Shown: positions 56,638-64,000 of the stretch, in pieces | Layout: each line of letters begins with the position of its first letter | How positions within the stretch are numbered: position 1 is the first letter of the stretch | Origin: an uncultured virus (IMG/VR IMGVR_UViG_3300031539_000017) | Taxonomy: Duplodnaviria > Heunggongvirae > Uroviricota > Caudoviricetes | DNA length: 64,000 nucleotides | Direction: 5' to 3' (one strand) | Virus record (IMG/VR): IMGVR_UViG_3300031539_000017 | The notes under the pieces: model-generated | What the model was told of the DNA's origin: nothing | Database searches by the model: none | What the model saw: the letters and a program-made list of their open reading frames with translations, nothing else | Made by a program: the position numbers and the translations under genes

Positions 56638-57896
56638 TCTTTTCCAATCGTCACGAGGTGGAGACACACCTGGCTGAGCAGGCCGATGGGGGTGTCATCG
56701 TCGAAGTGGGCTGCGGCGTAGGCGATGGCCTGGTGGCCCTGCTCAACGGCACGCGGTACGGTAGACTTTTGCCTGTGTATGCTGTCGATCCTTATACTCC
56801 CTACGTGGACAAGCTGGGGGGCACCTACGGGCCGGAGAGCAAGCAGGAGGCCCTGGATAAGGTGGTGGGCACGGGGTTGGGGCGGTTGGTGGCCTTCGTC
56901 GAGGAGGACGGCGTACTGGTGGGCGAAAATTGGGACTTGCCTACGGCCCTGGTGTGGATTGACGTCAGCATGGAGTATGACGGTCTCAAATGCGTCTGGG
57001 ACGCCTGGGCGGACAAGGTCATGGAGGACGGACATATCGCTATCGCGGGCCTGGGTTATAGCAGCCTGGGTACAGCGCGGGTGATGCAGGAGGCCGTTGA
57101 CTCGGGGGACTTCGTGCGGGTGCTGTCGGAGCAGGACAGGGTGGCGGTACTACGCAGGGTGCCCCGGAATAGGCGGGCCGTGTTCTACATCGTGGATGGT
57201 GAACCCTATGCTGAGGAGGCGGCTTACAGTGCGTCCAGTGTCAAGGAGCACATGCCCGGCGTGGAGACCTTTCTGTTTGCGGTGGGTGGCACAGGGGCCA
57301 GGGAGAGCATCGACCACGTAGTGCTCTTGCCGCCTCGGGAGAGCGAGCTGTGGTACCTGGACAGCACGCGGTACTTCAACCAGGCGGTGGCGCACCTCCA
57401 CGAGTACAACCGTCTTTTGTACCTTGACACGGATACCTGGGTGGCCTGGGACTGTTTGGATATGTGGTGGCTCCTAGAGCAGTTTGACGTGTGCCTGGGG
57501 CACAGTGCGGGCCGGGAGGCCATGCCTTCAGCGATTGGGACGCCCCCGGCGTTCACTACCCTGTCTATCGGGGTTAGTTTATTCCGCAACAACGCGGAGG
57601 TCCGGGCTACGCTGGCGGACTGGCTGGCGTTCTACGAGAAGTACCAGGGCATCTACGGCGACAATGATGAGAGTCCTTTAAGGGATGTGCTGTGGCTGAA
57701 TCGGCAGGGGCTGAAAATGTATATCCTGCCCCCTGAGTACAACGTCCGAGCTGGGTTTGGGTGCTGGCTCTACGGTCGGGCTAGGATAGTTCATGCTCGG
57801 CTGCCTCGGTTGAGGCATGTAGCAGAGCAGTTGAATGAGCACACGTCTATGCGTTTGTGGCACGATGGTGAGTTCTTGTGGTGGCATCAGAAGTGA
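56634..57896 (+). CDS. Methyltransferase-like domain fused to GT8-like glycosyltransferase
   Basis: VEVGCGVG..AVDP; then LYLDTD, NDESPLR, LPPEYN. Confidence 0.75.
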   Translation: MIFSNRHEVETHLAEQADGGVIVEVGCGVGDGLVALLNGTRYGRLLPVYAVDPYTPYVDKLGGTYGPESKQEALDKVVGTGLGRLVAFVEEDGVLVGENWDLPTALVWIDVSMEYDGLKCVWDAWADKVMEDGHIAIAGLGYSSLGTARVMQEAVDSGDFVRVLSEQDRVAVLRRVPRNRRAVFYIVDGEPYAEEAAYSASSVKEHMPGVETFLFAVGGTGARESIDHVVLLPPRESELWYLDSTRYFNQAVAHLHEYNRLLYLDTDTWVAWDCLDMWWLLEQFDVCLGHSAGREAMPSAIGTPPAFTTLSIGVSLFRNNAEVRATLADWLAFYEKYQGIYGDNDESPLRDVLWLNRQGLKMYILPPEYNVRAGFGCWLYGRARIVHARLPRLRHVAEQLNEHTSMRLWHDGEFLWWHQK

Positions 57897-57909
57897 AAGG
57901 TGGTGAAGG

Positions 57910-58188
57910 ATGGACAGCAACGTCTTAACCCGAGGCATAATTCCCCTGAGGCGCATCAAGCGCCTGCGTAGGTGCATGAACCCCAGTTGCCGCTTCGTGG
58001 TCGGCGCGGGCAAGATGGCCTTGGAGAGCACCAACATCGGTGAGTTCGCGCGGTTGACCTGCCCTAAGTGCGGAGCACTGCATGTGTTCAACCCCATCTC
58101 TACTGTGAGGCCTGATGCTGAGCGGCACATCTTCGTGGTCCGTGACCGGGGTGGTCAGGTAGAGCATATTTTCCCGAGGGTGCAATGA
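57910..58188 (+). CDS. Zn-ribbon protein
   Basis: CMNPSC...CPKC. Confidence 0.6.
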   Translation: MDSNVLTRGIIPLRRIKRLRRCMNPSCRFVVGAGKMALESTNIGEFARLTCPKCGALHVFNPISTVRPDAERHIFVVRDRGGQVEHIFPRVQ

Positions 58189-58634
58189 GGCGGCGCTACT
58201 TTGAGTGGGATTACGTTAGTAACCGCATGACTGAGTGGGCTCGCGTGGGGCACTGCTGCCAGTGCGCCGCGTGTTGTCAGAACAGCATCGGCTTCAAGTT
58301 TGAGAGCAGCAAGCTCTATGAAGCGAAGAAATCGGGCAGTTACTACACCACTGGCAAGGGCATCTGGCAGGAGGTCCGCGTAGGGGGCCGGTACAGGCAC
58401 TTCTTCCAAATGGAGTACGTGGCTGCCAAAGGGAAGGGGTGCGCCAGCCTGGAGCGTGGCTTGTGCGAGGAGTATGAGCACCGTACTTGGATTTGCCGGG
58501 AGTGGCCCTTCTCGCCGCGCTGCATAGAAGCCACCTCGGAGTGTACTTATGGATTCCGCGAGGTTGATCGTAGGTCTTTTGTGGTCGTCGTCCCTGAGAA
58601 GGACGAGGGCGATTTCGTACATGTGCCATTGTAG
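58185..58634 (+). CDS. YkgJ-family cysteine cluster protein
   Basis: CCQCAACC...C....C..YEHR..IC.EWP. Confidence 0.75.
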   Translation: MRRRYFEWDYVSNRMTEWARVGHCCQCAACCQNSIGFKFESSKLYEAKKSGSYYTTGKGIWQEVRVGGRYRHFFQMEYVAAKGKGCASLERGLCEEYEHRTWICREWPFSPRCIEATSECTYGFREVDRRSFVVVVPEKDEGDFVHVPL

Positions 58635-58643
58635 GAGGGTGTT

Positions 58644-59303
58644 ATGGTCACTAAGGCCATCATGCTCATCCACGTCTTCCGGACCGGTGGTTACATGGTG
58701 CAGGGGGTCCTACGGAAGGTCCCTGGCCTGGTGATGGTCTCGGATAGGCCCACGGAGCACCTGACCTATGATCAGATGGCTGTGGTGTGCGCGAGAGAAC
58801 GCATGGGGAACCCGCCCGCTATGGTTTTTATCCGCAACCCTTTTGACTGGTATGTCTCTATGTGGTGCTGGGTCAACATGGCGCCGAACATGCCTCCAGT
58901 CTCGGAGTTCCGCGAATACCTGGAGGTCATCCGGGTGCGGCGCTATGGCACCACGGGGACGGGCCGCAACTATAGCAGGCTCTCCGAGCACTGGGCTGAC
59001 ATGGGGGCAGGCAAGGCGCAGTGGGAGGGGCGCTTTGAGACTCTACGGGAGGACTTCATGGACATCATGCTCAAGGTCATGCCCAGCCTGGTGAACGAGA
59101 AGATGTTAGGGGACCTCATGGCCAAGGAACCCATCTATCACCCCAGCAGGCATCCTCAGACAGGTAGGCATCCTGGGGACTATCGGCAATACTACACCCC
59201 GGAGACAAGGGCATTGGTCGAGGAGTGGGACAGTGAGCTTCTAGAGCGGTTCGGTTACACTTTTGAGGAGAAGGTAGATGATATACCCAATCCCGGTGCC
59301 TGA
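58644..59303 (+). CDS. Sulfotransferase family 2-like protein
   Basis: IHVFRTGG, RNPFDWYVS, GRFETL, YRQYY, FGYTF. Confidence 0.75.
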   Translation: MVTKAIMLIHVFRTGGYMVQGVLRKVPGLVMVSDRPTEHLTYDQMAVVCARERMGNPPAMVFIRNPFDWYVSMWCWVNMAPNMPPVSEFREYLEVIRVRRYGTTGTGRNYSRLSEHWADMGAGKAQWEGRFETLREDFMDIMLKVMPSLVNEKMLGDLMAKEPIYHPSRHPQTGRHPGDYRQYYTPETRALVEEWDSELLERFGYTFEEKVDDIPNPGA

Positions 59304-60171
59304 TGAGTTCCGCCCGGCCAGCCAGGGTTACACTATGCCGCCGCACTGCCCGCCGGAGGGGTACGGCGTGGAGCAGGACTTTGACGCTTGGTTACGGACG
59401 CAAGGGGAGCTTTTGACTGATTCCGCGGAGGCCGACTGGCTGTACCTCCCGGTGTTCTGGAACCGGCTCTTTATTGCCACCTGGAAGTGGGCGCAGGATG
59501 AGGCCGCCATAGCCCGCTGCGCCGATTGGCTGGCGGCTCTCAGGGATAGTTTGGGCGGCTTTGAGAGGGTGTTCACCGTCTGTGAATGGGACCTGACCAC
59601 GGAGCGGCAGGAGCTGGGCACGGACGGGCTGACTGTGTTCACGGCGGGGCGTCGGGATCGCGCAGGCCTTGATATACCGTTGCTCTGTGCCCCACATGGC
59701 GTCCCGCCGGTTTCATACGGCAAGCAATACCTGGCGTCATTTGTGGGCAACATTGGGACGTCAGGCTGGCGTCAGGGTATGTTGGAGGCCCTGGAGGGCT
59801 ACGGCGGGGTCCTCATCGAGCACGCACAGAAGGGGCCAGCCTATTTCTGTGATGTGATGACCAAGAGCTACGTGGCCCTGGCCCCCAGGGGTCACCGGGG
59901 GCAGAGCTTCCGGTTCTACGAGGCCATGGACATGGGTGTGGCCCCGGTCCTGATCGGTGATATGGATACCCGGCCCTTTAAGAATTGGGTCAATTGGGAC
60001 TCATGCTCTTACTACGTTCCTGACGCCTCGGAACTTCCCGGCTTTATTGACAACCTGGACCTGGAGGACGCGTTACGCAAGGGCGCGGAGGCGGCACGGG
60101 TATACCATGAGTGTCTGCGGTTCGGGCGGTGGTGCATGTTTGTGGTGCCTGAGCTGCTGAGCGTGCCGTAA
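59278..60171 (+). CDS. Exostosin-like (GT47) glycosyltransferase
   Basis: ASFVG, KSYVALAPRG..SFRFYEAM..G..PVLI. Confidence 0.8.
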   Translation: MIYPIPVPDEFRPASQGYTMPPHCPPEGYGVEQDFDAWLRTQGELLTDSAEADWLYLPVFWNRLFIATWKWAQDEAAIARCADWLAALRDSLGGFERVFTVCEWDLTTERQELGTDGLTVFTAGRRDRAGLDIPLLCAPHGVPPVSYGKQYLASFVGNIGTSGWRQGMLEALEGYGGVLIEHAQKGPAYFCDVMTKSYVALAPRGHRGQSFRFYEAMDMGVAPVLIGDMDTRPFKNWVNWDSCSYYVPDASELPGFIDNLDLEDALRKGAEAARVYHECLRFGRWCMFVVPELLSVP

Positions 60172-60211
60172 CTCCTGCCACCTTGCCAGGGGTGGCGCGT
60201 TTCCTCCTTTT

Positions 60212-60243
60212 GGGGGCGGGTGGGGCCGGGCCTGCCCGCCCCC
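60212..60243. other. GC-rich intergenic hairpin at end of late region
   Basis: GGGGGCGGGTGGG / CCTGCCCGCCCCC stem. Confidence 0.45.
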
Positions 60244-60445
60244 TCCTATAAGGATTTCGGCCCGGTTTTCCCTCTTGGTTGGTATGTAAATGGCGCTTTT
60301 CCTGTTTATCCGCGACCCTGCCCCCAAACGTCACCAGAGACACCCAGGTCACCCAGGGCGGTGTTGGGGTGTGAATAGGTGGCTTGATATCCCCAAATGC
60401 TTAGAGCGGCTTGTGGTGAATCATGTTAGAATACTAAACTGGTAC

Positions 60446-60474
60446 TTGACAAAATATAAACGATGTGTTATAAT
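60446..60474 (+). promoter_or_regulatory. Consensus sigma70 promoter, probably early
   Basis: TTGACA-17 nt-TATAAT with TGn extension, AT-rich context. Confidence 0.9.
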
Positions 60475-60531
60475 ATAGGTAAGATGAGGAACCAGAGAGC
60501 AGAGTAACAGGATACCACAGAGGAGGAGACG

Positions 60532-60765
60532 ATGGCAGAGAGAACGGATTACCCAAGGAACCTAGCTGAGATTGCAATACAGGGCGCTATTGCCCAGCTT
60601 GGTCAGGCAGATAGCCTCTTGCAGAGGTATCAGGCTGAGTACGACCTTCTTCACCACGAATTGGGTGATGATGGCGGCACGGAAGCCGCGCCAGCGCGCC
60701 ATGCGGTGGAACAGGCCCTCAATCGTCTGGAATATGCCTTGCAGGAGACTAAGCAACTCTCATAG
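60532..60765 (+). CDS. Hypothetical helical protein
   Basis: AGGAGG RBS, first gene after promoter. Confidence 0.65.
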   Translation: MAERTDYPRNLAEIAIQGAIAQLGQADSLLQRYQAEYDLLHHELGDDGGTEAAPARHAVEQALNRLEYALQETKQLS

Positions 60766-60834
60766 CCGAAACTGGGGTGGAGGCCCCGGTCACCCGCGAT
60801 GCCGCCGTGCGGGTCCGATGAGGCGATGGGCGGC
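60761..60834 (+). ncRNA. Type II hammerhead ribozyme with pseudoknot, variant core CCGAUGA
   Basis: Stem II CATAGCC/GGCGATG, GAAA 60768-60771, stem III CTGGGG/CCCCGG, GUC 60789-60791, stem I ACCCGCG/TGCGGGT, CCGATGA 60815-60821, loop GCCGCC pairs with 3' GGCGGC. Confidence 0.8.
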
Positions 60835-60849
60835 GAGAGGAGGCAACAC

Positions 60850-61512
60850 ATGAAAATCCTGGCAACTGATGAGCAGAGTCTTGCACGCTGGCAGCGCCTA
60901 CGCCCTACACCCAAGCAGATGCTCCGGATGGGCACCAATAAGAAGACATTTCACTGCGTGCGCTTTGGGCAGCTGGAGGCCTGGGGCAACGGGTTCTTCC
61001 TGCTGGTGGGGAACTCGCCGGACGTGCCTATGGAGGATATGACCCAGCGCATGCAGCGGTTCTCGGACTGGTCTGACATGAAGGACCGGCTGCTGACGCC
61101 GGGGGCTTGCCCTGTGGAGCCGCTGCTGTACCTGGAGGCTGACCGCTACAGCGTGCAGGAGCGCCGCTTGCTGGTGATGGAGATGCGGTCGCCCACGGAC
61201 AGCGATGTGATCATGGAGCACCTTACCGTCAATGCAACCATGGCGCTCTTCATAGAACGTGAGTGCAGGGCGCGGTTCCCCGAGGACTGGATATTGGGCT
61301 GGCGGGGCAACCTGTCGGCGGAGGCCAGGATTCACGGGTGCGCCAAGGTACATCCCAAGCCATTGACGTATTGCGTAAGGGGTCCGGGAGCTGGCTATAC
61401 CGCTGCTGGCGTGCTGATGCCCAGGACGTGGGGGAGTCAGTTGGTGAGCAAGGATGGTAGTGTGGCGCTCCAGTATGATGTGACCCGCAGGGTTTGTTAT
61501 CGAGACGCTTGA
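60850..61512 (+). CDS. Hypothetical protein
   Basis: GAGGAGG RBS, ATG 60850. Confidence 0.65.
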   Translation: MKILATDEQSLARWQRLRPTPKQMLRMGTNKKTFHCVRFGQLEAWGNGFFLLVGNSPDVPMEDMTQRMQRFSDWSDMKDRLLTPGACPVEPLLYLEADRYSVQERRLLVMEMRSPTDSDVIMEHLTVNATMALFIERECRARFPEDWILGWRGNLSAEARIHGCAKVHPKPLTYCVRGPGAGYTAAGVLMPRTWGSQLVSKDGSVALQYDVTRRVCYRDA

Positions 61513-61528
61513 TGAAAGGGGATAGAAG

Positions 61529-61771
61529 ATGACTGGCGCTGAGGTGATTGTATACGGGTTTGCTGCTGTTGGGTTCATAATAGTACTCTGCGTAGCACTA
61601 GGGGCTACAGAGGTAGTCGCCGAAGGTATGGTTGAGGATCGCAGGGAACAAGCTGAAATAGATACTCGGAAGGTGATTCAGGAACTTGAGATAGCCCTGC
61701 GCCACGCACGTCAGCCAGAGCACATTCTACTGCCCGCTATGATGGAGGTGAACGATGTCGCACATAGTTGA
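61529..61771 (+). CDS. Small membrane protein
   Basis: N-terminal hydrophobic helix. Confidence 0.55.
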   Translation: MTGAEVIVYGFAAVGFIIVLCVALGATEVVAEGMVEDRREQAEIDTRKVIQELEIALRHARQPEHILLPAMMEVNDVAHS

Positions 61772-62015
61772 TCCGCGCAATGTGAGGCCGGGGGACCTGA
61801 AGCCTGGCGATGTAATGATAAGAACGGTGGCGCTTCATGTGTTGCCGGACTACACGGGAGGCCGGTTGATGTACCCGATGTACCTGTGCCCGTGGCCGGA
61901 TTCATCCCTTGTAGATGGTGTGCCCCAGGGCGCACGCATGGAGGGCAAGCCTGAGACCATGCAAGAGATATTCCCGGTGGTGGGCAATGCTGGGGCCAAG
62001 CCGGACCCGATGTGA
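61755..62015 (+). CDS. Hypothetical protein
   Basis: GGAGG RBS. Confidence 0.6.
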   Translation: MSHIVDPRNVRPGDLKPGDVMIRTVALHVLPDYTGGRLMYPMYLCPWPDSSLVDGVPQGARMEGKPETMQEIFPVVGNAGAKPDPM

Positions 62016-62017
62016 TG

Positions 62018-62060
62018 TTTTGCTGGCAAAGGAAAGTATGGGCTGCGCTTTTGCGCAAAA
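62018..62060. promoter_or_regulatory. Bipartite palindromic element copy 8 (B then A)
   Basis: TTTTGCTGGCAAAG 62018-62031, TTTTGCGCAAAA 62049-62060. Confidence 0.75.
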
Positions 62061-62071
62061 GGGAGGGAGAG

Positions 62072-62620
62072 ATGGATATACTCAGTGCTTTCGTGGAGCG
62101 TGATGTGTATCGGTTGTGGCTTGAGAAGACCGAGAAGGAGCGCAACACGGCCAAGCTCCAGGGGCTAACAGAGTGCCAGTGCTGCGGCTTCTGCTGTGCC
62201 CGGCGGACATGTGTGCCCCTGCCGGATGAGTTGGAGTCCATTGCGGCCAACCTCCAGCTTTCTGTAGATGAGATGATCGGGAAGTACATGGTCGGCGATG
62301 CACAATCCACGGAATCCGGCGCTTGGGCTCAGTTCCTTCGCTGGGCGAACACGGCCCAGCTAGACTTGACGGGCACCTTCTTGTCGACGGATCGCACTTA
62401 CGATAAGGGGGATTGCGTGCTCTACGATCCACAGAAACGCGAATGCCGTATCTGGGCCGTCCGGCCTGTTGACGCGCAGCAGACTACATGCTGGAAACCG
62501 TACCAGGGTGATGATTCGCGTGATGGTTGGACAGATGGCCAACTGCAAAGGGTTTGCCCGTCGATGAACCTTGACCCGGATGAGGATTGGGATGATGAGG
62601 AATGGGACGATGATGGATAA
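62072..62620 (+). CDS. YkgJ-family cysteine cluster protein
   Basis: CQCCGFCC...CVLYD....CRIW..RP; acidic tail. Confidence 0.75.
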   Translation: MDILSAFVERDVYRLWLEKTEKERNTAKLQGLTECQCCGFCCARRTCVPLPDELESIAANLQLSVDEMIGKYMVGDAQSTESGAWAQFLRWANTAQLDLTGTFLSTDRTYDKGDCVLYDPQKRECRIWAVRPVDAQQTTCWKPYQGDDSRDGWTDGQLQRVCPSMNLDPDEDWDDEEWDDDG

Positions 62621-62828
62621 ACCGAGGGGCCAGTATCCGACGGTGCCCTGCATGGAGCAGCGCCTTGAGGAGTACCTGGACAAAGAGGACCGCTGCGTCC
62701 TAGAGGACGATTACTGGTGGGAGATGAAGGACGCGGCGGCCAACAGCGGGGTGGACATGATGACCCTGGTGGAGGAGATACCGTTTGAGAAGTGGCTGCG
62801 GGCCAGGAGGGAGGGGCGTGGTGGATAA
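62610..62828 (+). CDS. Hypothetical protein
   Basis: Acidic ORF overlapping neighbours. Confidence 0.5.
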   Translation: MMDKPRGQYPTVPCMEQRLEEYLDKEDRCVLEDDYWWEMKDAAANSGVDMMTLVEEIPFEKWLRARREGRGG

Positions 62829-63018
62829 GTGGCAGAGACTGCAGAAGCTTGTGGACCTATGGCTGGAGCACATTCATGAGACCCCTGATCACACGACCCC
62901 GCTCACGGAGGATGGTGAGGCCACCTATGATACCAGCCCGTCGGCTTACCGCATTTACTGCTGCGCCTCGGGCTGTGATTGGCAGCAGGAGATAGATGAT
63001 GACCGCCCTGGCGAGTAG
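62821..63018 (+). CDS. Hypothetical protein
   Basis: GGAGG RBS, GTG start. Confidence 0.45.
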   Translation: MDKWQRLQKLVDLWLEHIHETPDHTTPLTEDGEATYDTSPSAYRIYCCASGCDWQQEIDDDRPGE

Positions 63019-63448
63019 GGTCAAGCGTGCCCGTGCGGTAGTGGACGCGGGCATGGTGGAGGTCCTGCGGAGGAAGGGCAACCGGCAGCGGGCCTGGCGG
63101 ATGCCCAGCGCCTCGGTGATGGGTAGCTGGTATGAGGTCTTCACCAAGCTCACTTGTGACAATGGCGTAGTCAAGGCGCATTTCTTCTGTAACCGGTGCT
63201 ATGTGGCGCCTGACGGCAACGGCATGTCTAAGTGTGAGGGCAACCGCAACACGGTCTGCTATCACTGCCTGGCGGCGATGGTCAAACTGGCCAAGGGGCG
63301 CAGGATGACGGTGCAGTTCCTTAGTAGCCGCAAGAAGGCCCTGGCCCTATTCCGGATGGGAACCGTGGTAGAGATGCACGGTGAGGGCCAGAGCCAGCCG
63401 AGGGTGTGGGCTGTGATGAAGAAGCGAGGAAGGAGGAAAGGGAAATGA
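62996..63448 (+). CDS. SWIM-like Zn-finger protein
   Basis: WYEV...C...VCYHCLAA (CxH) pattern. Confidence 0.55.
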   Translation: MMTALASRVKRARAVVDAGMVEVLRRKGNRQRAWRMPSASVMGSWYEVFTKLTCDNGVVKAHFFCNRCYVAPDGNGMSKCEGNRNTVCYHCLAAMVKLAKGRRMTVQFLSSRKKALALFRMGTVVEMHGEGQSQPRVWAVMKKRGRRKGK

Positions 63449-63756
63449 AGTGGGAATGTGAGCATTGTGGGCGTCTGAACCGAGAAAGTGACCCCTATTG
63501 TTACGGTTGCGGTTCGGATGATAGGCCACCGCTGCCAACCCAGGAATTGGATATTGGCGAGTTGACCATCATATTTTCACCAAATTTGGTCGGCAAGGAT
63601 GCTGATGGCAAAGAGTGTTATCGGGCAGGTATCATCGGGCAAATGCAGTTGGAGTGCAAATATATGCCCGCCTATCTGCGCAAGCGGGTAGAGGGATGGG
63701 TGCGGAGGGCGTGTGAGGCCCAGGATATAGGCAAGCGGTTGGTGCCCAGTGGCTAA
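63445..63756 (+). CDS. Zn-ribbon protein
   Basis: WECEHCG..N......CYGCG. Confidence 0.6.
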   Translation: MKWECEHCGRLNRESDPYCYGCGSDDRPPLPTQELDIGELTIIFSPNLVGKDADGKECYRAGIIGQMQLECKYMPAYLRKRVEGWVRRACEAQDIGKRLVPSG

Positions 63757-64000
63757 ACCCCGGTTCCGCGCCCGGTTCAAGCAGCATCGCCTGCGTGCCC
63801 GGTATGTGTGCCCCAAGTGTGGCCGCGTGGCCTACTATCCGTGTTACCTGGATGGGCCTGGGGAGCGCGTTCGCGGGCGACCCATAGAGGACTACTGCAC
63901 CTGCGGGGCGCTCACTGAGTATTGGGGATTCACGAGCCGTTACAAGGGCACGGTGCCCTACGCTTGGGGCGGGCGGTGGATGCGGGATTGCAAGGACTGT
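63749..64000 (+). CDS. Cys-rich protein, truncated by window end
   Basis: GTG start, CPKC, CTCG, open to 64000. Confidence 0.5.
   Translation, partial: MAKPRFRARFKQHRLRARYVCPKCGRVAYYPCYLDGPGERVRGRPIEDYCTCGALTEYWGFTSRYKGTVPYAWGGRWMRDCKDC

Overview
The window is most of a tailed dsDNA phage genome with a siphovirus-like tail. All credible genes are on the + strand, and no integrase, DNA polymerase, reverse transcriptase, tRNA or CRISPR array was recognised. The host is possibly Chloroflexota (weak inference from the lysis-region glycoside hydrolase). Layout: replication/recombination genes and small ORFs (1-12 kb); terminase, candidate decoration proteins, portal-MuF, multi-domain protease/scaffold and capsid (12-25 kb); a three-domain glycosyltransferase directly after the capsid gene; tail genes (27.7-39 kb); lysis (39-42.6 kb); a ~17.5 kb island of glycosyltransferases, sulfotransferases, methyltransferases, GDP-fucose synthase and a radical SAM enzyme (42.7-60.2 kb); then a consensus sigma70 promoter and early genes. 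Most notable: (1) the glycan-building system, probably acting on the virion; (2) eight copies of a bipartite palindrome with invariant 30-bp spacing, six with a -10-like hexamer at a fixed distance; (3) a pseudoknotted type II hammerhead ribozyme with a variant core; (4) serial duplications of an HNH gene 5' end flanking inserted genes; (5) an apparent +1 frameshift in the tail chaperone. All calls come from reading motifs by eye; no searches were run.
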